NCBI GenBank assembly: GCA_030770535.1
Contig: JASVEC010000019.1
Coordinates: 372,001-436,000, forward strand
Direction of reading: 5' to 3'
Source: Batkoa obscura
Lineage: Eukaryota
Length of the DNA stretch: 64,000 nt
Made by a program: the position numbers and the translations under genes. This document shows, piece by piece, positions 1 to 13,523 of the stretch. The first letter of the stretch is position 1, and each line of letters opens with the position of its first letter. The notes below the pieces were generated by a model, which saw nothing but the letters and a program-made list of their open reading frames with translations, was not told the origin of the DNA and searched no databases.

Positions 1-111
1 AAATCGAGTATTTATTAAAACGACAAAAATATATGAACGAGTTATGCCTTGTTGATTAAAAAGAATTGATAATCACAGATATATCAAATTTAAAATATTC
101 AACTATAGTAT

Positions 112-1122
112 CTAATAACAATGTGCATCGCCTTGGGGCCCTTTGCAGGTAGTGCCATCAGCACATGGGTTAGACCAAAGTGCTTTGTTGAAGCACATGG
201 CAATTGTTGAACCATCAAGACAATACATTTTACCATTTTCACAAGTTGATGGATCTGGTTTTTCTGGGTTGCCAGTTGGTTTTGGATTAGGCTTGACTTG
301 CGTTGGGTATGGGGTTGCTGCTGGCTTGCTTTGATACTGAGGCTGTTTTTGTAGTCTGGTTTGATATTGAGGTTGCTGTGGTCTAATTTGAGTTTGGGTT
401 TGGGCCCGTGTTTGAGTTTGAGTTTGAGTTTGAGTTTGAGTTGAAGTTTGAGTTTGGGTCTGAGTAGTAGAAGGTTTAGGATCAGGTTTAGGATTTGGGT
501 CAACATTAGATCCGTTTGGTGAAACAGTGATCATAGGTTGTTTGTCAAATAAATCTTTACCATAATCATCTTTGAATCCTTCTGGGAATGTAGTATATCC
601 AGGTAAGTTAGCAACTAACATTTGTGGTCCAGTGATCTTTCCATTGTTTGATCCTCCATTGATTTCAATATCCATACAATTCATATAATACTCACGATTA
701 CCGGTTCTGTTAATCCAAGTCCATGCTAAAGTAGCTTTCCCATTTGGTGCATCTTGTGGTAATGGTACTTGATAGTTTAATCCACCGGTTAAACAATTAC
801 CCATCACAGTTTTTAAGACAGCAAAGTTCTTATTATCATAAGTAATAGAAAACTGACAATGACCACCATTATGCATAGCACCTCCTCCTATTTTCACTGG
901 AATAGAGCTTCCAGCATTAAATGATCCAGAAGTTGGTCCTGGGCCATAGCCTCTACATGGGAAACTAAATCGACCACCTAATGGTGAGGTCATATCATAG
1001 TCAACAGGTCCCTTATTACCAGCTAAGTGTCTAGAACGTCTTGGGGCGGGGCTGGTAACTTCCATATGTCCCAAAACAGTAGCAAAAGAGGCTAAAGCAA
1101 TGATAGAATTTATAAGTTGCAT
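112..1122 (-). CDS. Secreted lytic polysaccharide monooxygenase, AA11-like, with T/Q/P-rich linker and C-terminal Cys-rich (CBM19-like) module; copy 1
   Basis: Likely ATG at 1122 (MQLINSIIALASFATVLG|HMEV) puts His first after the signal peptide. Motifs GGAMHNGGHCQ and WINRTGNREYYMNC supply the second His and axial Tyr. Small Cys-rich C-terminal domain; intronless. Confidence 0.85.
   Translation of the reverse strand: MQLINSIIALASFATVLGHMEVTSPAPRRSRHLAGNKGPVDYDMTSPLGGRFSFPCRGYGPGPTSGSFNAGSSIPVKIGGGAMHNGGHCQFSITYDNKNFAVLKTVMGNCLTGGLNYQVPLPQDAPNGKATLAWTWINRTGNREYYMNCMDIEINGGSNNGKITGPQMLVANLPGYTTFPEGFKDDYGKDLFDKQPMITVSPNGSNVDPNPKPDPKPSTTQTQTQTSTQTQTQTQTQTRAQTQTQIRPQQPQYQTRLQKQPQYQSKPAATPYPTQVKPNPKPTGNPEKPDPSTCENGKMYCLDGSTIAMCFNKALWSNPCADGTTCKGPQGDAHCY
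385..462. repeat. (GAGTTT)n-type hexamer repeat encoding the TQ linker of LPMO copy 1
   Basis: Tandem tgagtt units; a shorter counterpart lies in copy 2 (~3795-3870). Confidence 0.8.
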
Positions 1123-3581
1123 GATTAAAGTTGTATTGGTTTTAATTCTCACAGAGAAACAGAAATTGAACTTTGATAATGATTAAACACTCTTTTTCAT
1201 CACTTTATATAGTATTTCGTTAAGTACCTTGCTGTACCATAGTTATAGTGTTGATAATTAACTCTAATAACTAAAATATATTTGGGTGATTAAAATATTC
1301 ATGTTGGAATAAATTATTCTTTCTAGATTACTTGTTCTATTAAATTTTAGTTAACGGCAGTATAATAAAACAAGTTTAAGGTAGTATTTTATTAGTTTAG
1401 ATAAAAGCTGTACTAATGCTTTAGTTAAAGTGAAATAAACAACTATATATGTTATTGTTGAATTTAGTATTTAACATTCAATTGTAGCTCATTAAGTAAA
1501 TTAAATCTTAGCTACACCTAATCTTAATATTTTTACTAAAATCAAATTTAAGATTAAATCAAATATTCACTTTAAGGCCCAGTTCAAAACTATCCACCCT
1601 AAGTTGATTTCTAAATACATCCTAAAAATTCTAGCAAGTTCATTATATTTAGTCTAAAGGACAACCAAACGCGTATATTTCAGCATTGATATTTTATGAA
1701 TAGTCATTGCATACCATTTACCTAGATTTCAACTGAGTCCTTTATTACTATAGTAAATTAATGGCGTAAAGATAAGTATTAGATCATTATCAAAGACAAC
1801 ACAACAGGCAGTCAAAATTTTTGAGACTTCTAAAACCCATCAAATTTCATATTTGATAACTGAATCTAAAATAGCCCTAGCTAATTTATTGATTTATAAT
1901 ATCTCTTAACTTTCTTTATTGTATTTAAATCGCCTAATAGTAGAATGGTCATCTACTTTGTTTTTATTGTTAAGATTATTTAACTAAACTTTTGATATGA
2001 AATAGAAAGAAAAAACTACCACAGTTAAATTTATTTAAGGTAACCATTACAGAATATACAACCCTTCATAGCTGTCTCAAAAGAATATTTATCCGAACCG
2101 AAGTAAAATTCCCTTGACAGTAATTGATTTGAAAGTGAATAGGAATTATGATACTATAATAAAAATAAATACAGCCTCAAGGATAACTTAATTGATTTTA
2201 TTATAGTATTTACTTTTTGTTCACTCTCAGACTCAACTATAGGGGGCTGAGAGTTTCACGATTGTTTTTGAGCAGCTCTAGCTATGGAATTACAAAATGT
2301 CAAAATCCGATAATAGACAAAATTAACCTCATAGCTATTCATATTCTTAAATGTTTTAATATTGTTATGAAAAATCAACTTTTTTAGTATCTTAATTTTA
2401 ATGATGTATTAAATAATTTCAAGCCTAATAAAACCATAACAATAAAATTCACTCAAATTTTTGTCCACCGAAAACTGTCCAGATCAAAGTCACCGAATCT
2501 TTCTTTCACCCAAACTCTCTCTTCTAACATCCCAGTCTTAACTTCCAACCATCTACTTTCTCCCCTTAAGTACTTATCCCCTTTTCAATTCACGTTACCC
2601 TAACAGTTAGTATACATTCATTACTTAATTTTTAAATAAACAAGATCTGCCTTGAATTTTAAAAGAATAGTTACCTGAATTTAAATTTATGATGCTAAAG
2701 ACTAATTTATATCAAATTTTTACATTAAAAAATTAATTTAATTTATACATACTAAAAATATCCCTCTAGTTTTATCCATGTACGTTTTTGCACTTTTATT
2801 TATATTATTAAGATACTTGGTAGCAGTGCTTTTTAATAAGGTAAAAAATAAGTTATAAAGTTAATGCTTTAATTATATAATACTTTGACAGACGTTGTTT
2901 AAAAGATACTACTAAATATTTATTATATTTATTTATAATTGTGGACATTTTTTTGCTAAACCTTCTAATATTTTTTTTGATATTTTTTTTTTGAAAATGA
3001 GGTTGTTTATCTGACCACTTTGAATACTTAAAATTTTAGTTGCTTCAATGTAAACATGATCTTTCATATTGATATTAAATATTCATACCTATAGATTTAT
3101 CACATACTTTCACTAAGGTTTTTCTAATATAATCTTTTGTTTTTTTATGGGTATTCTTACATTAATTTTGTGAAATAAGTTTTTCAACTTTCAGGATAAT
3201 AACTTCAGTATTTTAAAACATACGAATAAATCTAAACTATGATAATATATAGCTATTTTATGATCATTTGCATCATTTTGTTTAACCATCTTGTCTTCTT
3301 TCTTGTAGTTATACTTATTTTAAAAAAATCCATGAAACTTCTAGCTGCCCTGTAGTGCAATATGGTGATCTCTTATCTAATTTAGTATGCTTACTTTTAG
3401 CCATTATGAATTAAAAAATGTAAATATAATACAATAAAAACAGCCCTTACACTTGTCTACAAAATTTAATGTAGAAAAATTAATAAAATAAAAATGCAGT
3501 ATAGATTAAATTAAACTTTATTAATTTTGAGGAATTTGATAATCACAGATATATCAAATTAAAATAATTCAACTAAATAGC

Positions 3582-4529
3582 CTAATAACATTGTGCGTTA
3601 CCAAGAGCCCCTTTGCAGGTAGTACCATCAGCACATGGGTTAGACCAAAGTGCTTTGTTGAAGCACATGGCAATTGTTGAACCATTGAGACAATACATTT
3701 TACCATCTTCACAAGTTGATGGATCTGGTTTTTGTGGGTTACCAGTTGGCTCAGGTTTAGGTTCAATTTGTGTTGGAGTAGAAGTTACCACTGGTTTAGT
3801 TTGAGTTGAAGCTTGGGTTGAAGTTTGGGTCTGTGTTTGAGTTTGAGTTGAAGTTTGAGTTTGGGTCTGAGTAGTAGAAGGTTTAGGATCAGGTTTAGGA
3901 TTTGGGTCAACATTAGATCCGTTTGGTGAAACAGTGATCATAGGTTGTTTGTCAAATAAATCTTTACCATAATCATCTTTGAATCCTTCTGGGAATGTAG
4001 TATATCCAGGTAAGTTAGCAACTAACATTTGTGGTCCAGTGATCTTTCCATTGTTTGATCCTCCATTGATTTCAATATCCATACAATTCATATAATACTC
4101 ACGATTACCGGTTCTGTTAATCCAAGTCCATGCTAAAGTAGCTTTCCCATTTGGTGCATCTTGTGGTAATGGCACTTGATAGTTTAATCCACCGGTTAAA
4201 CAATTACCCATCACAGTTTTTAAGACAGCAAAGTTCTTATTATCATAAGTAATAGAAAACTGACAATGACCACCATTATGCATAGCACCTCCTCCGATTG
4301 TTACTGGAATGGAGTTACCAGCTTTGAATGATCCAGAGGATGGTCCTGGACCGTAACCTCTACATGGGAAACTAAATTTATCCCCTAAAGGTGAACTCAT
4401 GTCATAGTCAACAGGCTCTTTATTTCCGGCTAAATGCTGGGAACGTCTTGGGGCGGGGCTGGTAACTTCCATATGGCCGAAAACAGTAGCAAAGCTAGCT
4501 AACATTAATAATTGATTGGTGAAGCGCAT
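3582..4529 (-). CDS. Secreted AA11-like LPMO, copy 2 (tandem paralog)
   Basis: Signal peptide followed by HMEVTSPAPRRS; catalytic domain nearly identical to copy 1; shorter linker; same Cys-rich tail. Confidence 0.87.
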   Translation of the reverse strand: MRFTNQLLMLASFATVFGHMEVTSPAPRRSQHLAGNKEPVDYDMSSPLGDKFSFPCRGYGPGPSSGSFKAGNSIPVTIGGGAMHNGGHCQFSITYDNKNFAVLKTVMGNCLTGGLNYQVPLPQDAPNGKATLAWTWINRTGNREYYMNCMDIEINGGSNNGKITGPQMLVANLPGYTTFPEGFKDDYGKDLFDKQPMITVSPNGSNVDPNPKPDPKPSTTQTQTQTSTQTQTQTQTSTQASTQTKPVVTSTPTQIEPKPEPTGNPQKPDPSTCEDGKMYCLNGSTIAMCFNKALWSNPCADGTTCKGALGNAQCY

Positions 4530-6131
4530 TTTTATCTCAAGATTTGTATGAAGAGGTAGATAGCAAATTTCTCACAGAGTAATTTAGATCGTAAAAATGG
4601 ATAAGTTTATTTGAGTTATATTCGCTCCTTTTTATATTGTTTGAAGCAGTGGTGGATTACTTGTTTTTTGTCTTTTCGGTTTTTCATAAAGGTCCCACCA
4701 CTAAACCACATTATATCACTTTGTGAATTCTTTTTAATCTTAATAAGACTAAGTTAAGGATAAAAGAAAGGAACAATTAATGATTATAAGATATAAACTG
4801 AGCAGTCACTTCCAGTATTTTTTGCTCTCCTTTAAAAATTTATTATTTAGAATAATGGCTTTGACTTTTAAATTCAAAATTTTTACTTTTATAGAAGTTT
4901 TAAATTTCAAATTTAATTAACTCTAGTACCCTTATAAAGTATTACCTTCCTAAATAAAAGTCAGACTTTAGAAATATAATAACCTTTTACCGAGTTATTG
5001 CTCCTTATTCAAATCTTTGATTTTTTTTATCAGATGATATAAGGTTATTATTACTTTGCATATATCAGATACATTAAAACTAACCCGATTTATATTTGAT
5101 TTTGCTTAAAAGTTTCACCAAAAAATAATAGCATATTTTATTGAATATTTGTCCCAAACTTTGAGACTTCCATTTTATTAGTTTTGTTGGCCTATTAGAC
5201 TATCTATTGTTTATAAAGTTATGGTGTTTTTAACTTGATATGGAGCTAATAAAGTTATCAGTTATTATTATATGATGAATTCACTTTACTTTCGAAAATA
5301 ACATCTTAATTTATTAAATTCATTTTAATAATTGTACATGGTTGATTTTAATCTTATAGACAAATTTAGGTCTATACATTGTAAAGTAAATATACTAATA
5401 TTAAATGTTATACTTGATATTTTAAAAGGTTAACAATACGGCTTAAAATCCCAAGTTACACTACCAAGGCTTGAGTACTTCAACAGTTAACCTCAATGTA
5501 TGTTGTTTATCGTTATATTGTTTTACTTTTTTCTAATTTCTTAAATAATCTCATGACTTTAATACTAGAAAAAGCCACTTGGTTATATAAGAAATAATAT
5601 ACCAAAAGCTCAGTTTTTTTTCTTAAGTCATATTTACCACTTAAAACTAAAAAGTGGATAATATCTTGAAGAAGTTTTTGCCCAATTTAGTTGATACTTT
5701 AGGGATGAAATAAATTAATAGTATTAAATTAATTTATTTTAAAAATAATATAAAAAGTAATTTATATTTTCATATATTAAATTAATCAATGCTATAATAT
5801 TCTAAAATAAACTTATCATTGTCTATAAACTAATGATAGACTAAAGTAAGCTGAATTCATTGTAGCAGTTAATGATTTACATAGGAAACTTTGGAAATTT
5901 TAGCATACATAATTGAAAAAATAACTCGAGTTTGCCAATCAAAACAAGTTAATATTGCCTCAAATTTGTTTAATTTGTGATTTTTTAAAATAGAAATAAG
6001 TAAACAATAACCTTGATTAAAATTTATACTTAACAGTTTAAATTTAATTTCCTTCTTATGATTAATGCAACGTAAAATGATATATAAAAACAAATTTAAT
6101 TCAATGATATCCTACATTTTACTATTACAAT

Positions 6132-7839
6132 ATGGGAGATATATCCAAAGATATTAACAAAGGAGAACCAGAAGAGTTTAGGATGAGTAAGTTTGATGAC
6201 GAAGGCTCAATAATAAGCTTAGAAACACAGTTCAAAGAAAATGATACTGAAAAAGAAGACGCAAGATATACAATAACAGGGATAAGATTCCACTTATTAA
6301 TGTTTGGGTAATTTTGTATTTTTATATATATGAAACGATGTTTATTTTTATAGCCTCTTTTTAGTAATATTTACATCGATTTTAGACCATACCATTTTGG
6401 CAGCTGCGCTTGGCCATATCGCGTCTGATTTTAATGCGTTGAGTGATATGGCTTGGCTGCCTGCTAGTTATATGCTCACAACAACAGCTTTGATACCACT
6501 TTATGGGAAATTAAGTGACATTTTTGGTCGAAGAAATACATTAATAGCAGCCTTAACTATATTTATGGTTGGTTCTATAATGTGTGGGGCTTCAAGTAGT
6601 ATTCACATGCTAATCGGTTCAAGAGCTTTTAGTGGTATTGGAGGAGGAGGTTTAATAGCATTAGCAATTATTGTAATATCTGATGTTGTTCCATTAAAGA
6701 GCCGTAGTTTATATCTTTCAATGACTGGAATATTTTTTATCATAGCAGTTGTATCGGGACCAGTAATTGGCGGTTTAATATCTGATAACTTGAGTTGGAG
6801 ATACAACTTTTACTTAAATGTACCTATATCTTTAATAACTCTTGTGATAACAGCTATATTTTTAAATTTTAAACAAGAGATGCAACCACTTAGACTTCAG
6901 TTGAAACGTATTGATTTTTTAGGATCAATTTCTATAATAGTATCAACAGTTTTTCTTTTACTAGGGTTGAATTGGGGCGGAAATGAATATCCCTGGTTGT
7001 CTTGGGAAGTTTTAGTGCCTTTAGGTATTTCAGTTGTATCACTTTTATTATTTATTTTTGTCGAATTAAGAGTGGCAAAAGAGCCTATACTTCCTTCAAG
7101 TATATTCACTAGGAATGTTATATCTGCAAATATAACAAACTTATTAAATGGATTCCCTTTTTATGTAAGTGTTAATTATATACCTATTTACCATCAAATT
7201 GTAAATAACAAATCTGCTACAATGTCTGCATTCGAATTATTTCCAATGATGATTAGCATTGTTATATTATCTGCATTAGCAGGCTATTATACCTCAAAAA
7301 CCGGAAGATATAGAATATTTAATGTATTAGGAACGGGACTTATATTAGTAGGGGTATGTTTAATGTTTTTATTAAGAAAAGATATTACCCGATTTGAAGA
7401 AATTACCATTGTTTTGTTAATTGGTTGTGGTTATGGTTTATGTACTCAAAATTGTACAATTTTATCTCAAGCTGCAGTCAAAGAGTCAGAAGTAGCCTCA
7501 GTAACCTCATTATTAAACTTTACGGCTAATTTAGGTGGGGTTTTAGGATTAGCGATTATTGGATCGATTTATAAAAATGCATTGAATTATTATTTGATGG
7601 AAAACTTACCTGGGCTGGACTCCAAGCTTTTGACGTCTTCTTTAGACTCTATTTCTATTTTGAGTGAAGAGGAAGTTTTACTTTATAAGCTATCTTATGT
7701 CTCAGCATTAAAATATGCCTATATTACTATGATCCCATTCTGTACAATATCATTTATTGCCTCTCTCTTCCTAATACATATTCCACTTGTAAAATCTGAA
7801 CCTGTTTTAGAACCAAAGATCGCTAAAGAGACTGTATAA
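6132..7839 (+). CDS. MFS drug:H+ antiporter (DHA2, 14-TM type)
   Basis: Exon 1 6132-6307 (MGDISKD...LLMFG), GT-AG intron 6308-6353, then in-frame LFLVIFTSILDHTILAAAL. MFS motif A GKLSDIFGRR, also GPVIGG and WRYNFYLNVP. Confidence 0.9.
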
Positions 7840-7997
7840 ATTTTCTGTTCATTTTTGCATTAATTATTTTAAATTAATAAACATTTATTATATTTTTAGT
7901 TTGATTTTTGATAACTGAGATGCTTACAGCCTATAATTCCATTAAAATATCATTTAGTAGTCACTAAAAAATTATTAAGAGATAATAGGTATAATAT

Positions 7998-8090
7998 GGA
8001 GATGTCTTTTTTGTTGAAGAAATTTCCTAATATTTTTCCACTTAATAATGTTTAAAAAATAGAAAAAATAATGGAATAAAAAGACATCCT
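7998..8090. mobile_element. MITE copy (degenerate)
   Basis: ggagatgt...acatcct flanked by atat/atat; family core present. Confidence 0.6.
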
Positions 8091-8938
8091 ATATTATATT
8101 TTTTAAAACCAATATAGAAAGGTTTTCTATATAGCCCGATTGATAAGTAAGTAATTTTTAAAATCTTTGTTTTATACTGTTGTGTTTAACAAATTAGCTA
8201 AATACTGATAAAATATTGAATATATTATATCGCTACTGCTTCAAGGTTTTATATATTATAATTATTTGTAGTGGATCTTTTTACTAATATTTTTCAAAAT
8301 TTTGCAATTTTAAAAATTATGCAAAAAATAACAGCTACAATAAAAGCAATCACATCTTGGGTAACCTTCTTGAATTATTAAACTGGATTAGGTTGAAGGG
8401 TACTCTACTTTCCTTCCAAAGAGTAAGGATAGAATATTTCAACTAAGTTTTGGGTTTTTATATATTTGTCTTCTTGGTTAATATGGTTTTTACTCCGTAT
8501 CTGAATAAGATATTATTAAAAGTTACTTTTAAACAGATAATTTGTTAAATAGTTCTATTTTTATTAATTGATTACCATGACTCTACTCTAATTTATTAAA
8601 TAAAGTAGTTTTACTAGGAACCCATAAAGGCTAGTACAAATGATATAATTGCTGAGATTTATTACTATTTAAATAATATCAAGGGACAAATTATTATTTT
8701 TAAGTTGAGTTTACCACTATTAATAAAACCCAATTTTAACGAATCAGAACTCAAATCAGAATTCAAATTCAAATGGTTCCATAAAATATATTTAATTTAC
8801 AATGTTAACCTTTTGTTTGAACCAAACGTATTACGATATTTATCATCTAATAGATTAATTTTTTCTACTATCACCAACCAATAACTCTCAATATTAAAAA
8901 AAAGTTACAAATCCTTTAGTTACCTTTTATTTCTTTAA

Positions 8939-9745
8939 ATGATATTAACTAATATTTTCTATTTTACTATACTTTTGATAAGTAGTAATTTAATATCATT
9001 AATACAGGGGCAGGACACCAACAACAATCAAAACAGCAATTCACCAGATTATGCCTCACTTCCAACAGACGCAAAAGATCCGAAAAATGACTTTGGTCTA
9101 CAGATCAATTATGGGTTAAAAAGTTTCAACAATACTAACAATAAATTTTGGGCCGATGTTACTATTTATCATAATAAAAAATTTAAAGACTACTCCAATT
9201 ATGATAAAAAATTTGTCCTGAGTTTTAGGTTTAAAGACAATGGAGTAAAGGTTGAGCGTCATGACCCACCAGTAGTTGATCAATATAACGATGACTATAT
9301 AATAAGATTGAAAGACGATCTACAAGAAGATAAATCAGTGACAATTAGAATTTATGGTGGTTTTAAGAAAGGTTTAAATTTTGACAATCTTAAACCAAAT
9401 AGCTTTAAGGTCGCTTTAGATGGTAAGGACGAATTCAAAGACTTAGAAGAAAAGGCGGATTATTTTTATTCTACTTCTGAACCTATTGATGTTTCTCGAA
9501 ATCTGAATCAAAATTCAACTCCAGAAAATAAGGTGAATACGAATACCAACACAGCTAAGCAAGGTGCATTCAACAAAGAACTTGCTGAGACTGATACTGG
9601 GGGTATGGCTTTGGTTGGACTACCAATAGGATTAATTATATATAGCGCAGTTTTTACAATTGGTGCAACAAGTTACCTTTCAGGTACTATTGTAAGGCTG
9701 AGATGTAGACAAAGATTTCGATCACAAACAACGATAAAGGCTTGA
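8939..9745 (+). CDS. Uncharacterized protein with signal peptide and C-terminal transmembrane helix
   Basis: 268-aa intronless ORF; hydrophobic N-terminus; hydrophobic MALVGLPIGLIIYSAVFTIGATSYL followed by a basic tail. Confidence 0.7.
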   Translation: MILTNIFYFTILLISSNLISLIQGQDTNNNQNSNSPDYASLPTDAKDPKNDFGLQINYGLKSFNNTNNKFWADVTIYHNKKFKDYSNYDKKFVLSFRFKDNGVKVERHDPPVVDQYNDDYIIRLKDDLQEDKSVTIRIYGGFKKGLNFDNLKPNSFKVALDGKDEFKDLEEKADYFYSTSEPIDVSRNLNQNSTPENKVNTNTNTAKQGAFNKELAETDTGGMALVGLPIGLIIYSAVFTIGATSYLSGTIVRLRCRQRFRSQTTIKA

Positions 9746-10452
9746 GTTTTACCAGAGTTCTACTCTAAGACATTAATTAAATTTCTACTTAAACGATTCA
9801 TTAAAGATATTTATTATTCCACTTGCTAATATAATTTTTTTCTTTTCGCGTTATCAAACTGAACCACTAAATCTTTTATTGTGCTCCAGCAAATTAAAAC
9901 TTTTGTTTGGTTTTTATTGTCTGAGAGCAATTTAAATTCTGATTTTTGAAATCTAATAGAAAATAGTATATGACTGAAATTGAACTTTAATAAAGCATAA
10001 TCTTAGCAAAAACTCAACATAATATTTAAAATATAGTTAACTTATTTCATATCTTACTTACCACTTTATTGGTTTTTCATGTCCCCTTAAATTTAATATA
10101 TTGTCCTTTTCTTTTTCTATTTTAATTTTTAAAGTTGATATCATTTTAATTTATTTAAAATGTCAGCTACAGGTTTGAAAATTCTACTACTTTAAATTTT
10201 CAAAATTTCGAGTTTTTAAATTATGCAAAGCTTATTTTAATTAGTTGTTTGCTATCTTTGTGACAATTTCAAGCTTTATAAAATTAATTAAATACATAAA
10301 TATTACCACCCCTTTTAGCTCACTTAGAGCTCTAGAATTTATGGTATCGTATACTAACTGTATACTAAAAAGAAATCGGATACTGATAACTTAAATTCAT
10401 CACTATAAAAAATGTTTTGTTATTATATATTTTTAAAAATAAGATTAGATTT

Positions 10453-10548
10453 GGGGATGTATTTTTTTGTTTAAGAATTTTGCTAATAAACTTCCACTCA
10501 AATAGCGCTTAAAAAATTGGAAGACAATAAAATCAAAAAAACATCCCC
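10453..10548. mobile_element. MITE copy
   Basis: GGGGATGT...ACATCCCC termini; ATTT/ATTT 4-bp TSD. Confidence 0.85.
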
Positions 10549-11306
10549 ATTTATTTTTTCATAATTACATTTACAAATATAAGTAAAGAATTGAAGATTA
10601 AAAAAAGCAGAGGGCTCTCACTGGTATTGATATTAATATAAATTGGTAAAAAAAGACTACAACGTTCGCTTCTAAAGAAAACAACAGCTAACATTTATCA
10701 CCTTCTATAAATAAAAGATAAATTTAATTATACTTTAGACATTTTGTTTTAAAAATTGTGTACCAAAAATTATTATTTTTGATTTTTATATCAAAAAAAT
10801 ATCAATTTTGCTATAAATTTAAACAATTGGATAAAGTATTAAAAAGGTATAAAAATTATGTTTAGTAAATGCATACAGTTAGAGCAATATTTGAGATTGA
10901 TATTGTTTGTTGGTTTTGTCATATAGTAGACGATTACTTTTTTAACTATTAAATTTCAACAAAGGCAAATAAATATAAAAGCATTGTAGAGCATTAAACC
11001 TATGATTAGACCTTAGTTTTATTACTTCTAAGTTATTTTATAATATCTTTTATTTTATGGTTTTTTTAGTGTTCTTGAAAGGGCGAACCCCCAATTAGTT
11101 TATTTAAACAAGGTAACTAATATAAAAGAAATGGAGTGAAAGGCCAGCTGTTAAGGTTCCACATCCTACTTTATAGCTATTTTAAATAATAATATTAGTA
11201 TTTTTGTAATAGTAGCAGCTTTATAATATTTTCGTCAAAATTAGTGTATATTTGTTTTACAATCAGCCTAAGATTATTATAGTTTTTATATTTAATATAA
11301 TCATAC

Positions 11307-11396
11307 AAAGGTGTTTTTTTTATCTCATTACTTTTTCCATCTTTTAAGCACTACTTGAGTGGAAATATTGTTGGTAAAATTCTTAAATACATCTCA
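11307..11396. mobile_element. MITE copy (degenerate, opposite orientation)
   Basis: Core ttttaagcactacttgagtggaaatattgttggtaaaattcttaaa. Confidence 0.65.
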
Positions 11397-11652
11397 TATA
11401 AAGATCTTGGTGATAGAGTGAAAGAGCTTCTTTGCTGAGAACTTGAATAGCTTTACCACAGGACTGGATTCAGTCTAAAGCAATGTGATAGACTTATATG
11501 CTCTGATTGTTTTCTGTCTACTAACGTTTCAAGCCTTACCTTTTTCTAATACATGACTTCTTGTCTACCCTAAAAAGATATAAACATAAATCCTTAAAAG
11601 TACAGTAGATCAATTATACAAACATCAGCTCTACGTTAAAAACCAAAAGCTT

Positions 11653-11725
11653 TGGAGAACCCGGGCATCGATCCCGGTGCCTCCCGCATGCGAAGCGGGC
11701 GCTCTACCAAGTGAGCTAGATCCCC
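11653..11725 (-). tRNA. tRNA-Ala(CGC)
   Basis: Sense GGGGATC...GTTCTCCA; anticodon arm cccgc-TT CGC AT-gcggg; full 73-nt cloverleaf. Confidence 0.95.
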
Positions 11726-13523
11726 TTTACTTTGTAAAAGGCACAAAAAATATACATAAATTATTAAATAGCAATAAAAATACTGTTTGCAAATGCCTTT
11801 CTATTAGGAAATAGTAAAGAACAAGAGGGGTTTAATAAAAAGCTTAATTTAATATGGCCAACTTTTTTGTTTCTAGAATTTCTTGAAACAAAGAGGGTCT
11901 GATTTGTTTTAAATTTATGAAAATAAAGAATGGCTGTTTAGGAGAGTATTTTCATTATATAAGTGATAGTAGTAGTTTTATTTTATTTTGTTGTATTACC
12001 TCCTTTTTATTTATCAAGCATTTTAAAACCTTAATTAAAAATGAAGCATTGACTCCAAAAATTAAAATAATCTGTTAGCGATTTATTAAGGGAGCATAAA
12101 ATTAATATACCTTTTGTTAACTTGTTTTGAAAAGGGGTAGTAAAAAATTCAATATAAAATATAATAAATAAAATATAACTCAATAGTTAATGCTTATTGC
12201 AACTAATATTTTTCTGGTGAATGGAGATGCGCTTTAGGTTGATTATTCCTTTTTCATTTTTAAATAGTTTTAATTAAAGAACCTTTGAAATGAGAGCTTA
12301 AATGATATCATATTGTTTTTTTAAAATTTATTAATTTTTAATAATTTTTTTATAGACTTTGTGTATTTTCCGACTTATAGAAGACAAAAGGCAACTCCAA
12401 TAAAAGCATTTTTCTTTATTGCTTGATACCTAATTAAAGTAAATTCCAAAAAAATATCATATCCCAATTCATTTAAGTTGTTATATCATTTTACTTTCTT
12501 AGTAGTATTCATTGAGCTTTAATAAAAAAAAAAAGCTCAATGAATGACTATTTTATAAATTGAAAATTAATTAAGTTTTAGAAATAGCAATAACAATCCA
12601 ACAGTGAGTTTAGATGTTAAATGGCTAAACTGTATTCATAAATAAAGAATAGATTGTGTCGATCTACTTGAGATAGTTAATCTGGCATTTTTAAAACTTA
12701 ACCCACTTCTTTAAAACGGTAGTGAAAGTTATTAAACAGTTAGTCGTTAATATTAAAATGTTTTCACTAACTAATTTAAAACTATAAAAGTATTTAAAGA
12801 ATTTCATCCAGTGGCAACATGATCTAAATCAATCTCGACTATTTGATCTTTTTGCTTCATTTTAATGATGTATAATAATATTTAGTTGCATGTGAGTAAA
12901 ATAAAACCATCTTTATTGTGATATGGTTTTTGAAAGTCGAACTATATTAAAAAATAACTTCAAAAGTATTTTATTAAAGATCAAAATAAAGAAACCATCC
13001 CAGCACAGTGACTAGCTAGTAATGGAATAAAACTGAGGTAGTAAAATTAATGGCTTCATTGACTTAGTCGTCACCACTATTCACAGTGTAAATTTGACTT
13101 CCTCTAAATTTAAAAAGCTTAAACTTTTATTCTTTTATAATCAATGATGGTAAACATTTGAGTTTAACTAGTACTTTCACAATCATCATAATTAAACTGA
13201 CTACAAATTTAGTAATTCATATTGAGTGGTATTTCAATTTAAATTAAGTAAATAGAACATTTCAACCCTTTAAAAGCGGGATTATTATTAAAATTTCAAG
13301 TTAAGGCTACCAAAATAGAAAATATATTAATAAAACATCAATCTTGTTTAACCACAAAAATTTGAGATGAATAAACTGGAGGGATGTTAATAAACCATTC
13401 AAAAAAGTATAAATACCAATTCAAAGGTAATCGATTTCTTTAGCTAAAATTTCGCATTTGGCATTTGTACATTATTCTCATATCATCTAATTCTTGTAAA
13501 AGTTTGTAATATAACAATTAATC

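Noticed and set aside
99..506. 135-aa ORF with KL repeats, and ORFs 143..334, 3569..3766, 3613..3804
   Set aside because: Alternative-frame or antisense shadows of the LPMO genes; the KL repeat is the TQ hexamer read in another frame.
11400..11640. Possible snoRNA or other ncRNA beside tRNA-Ala
   Set aside because: No canonical C box (RTGATGA) with terminal stem and no recognizable RNA family.
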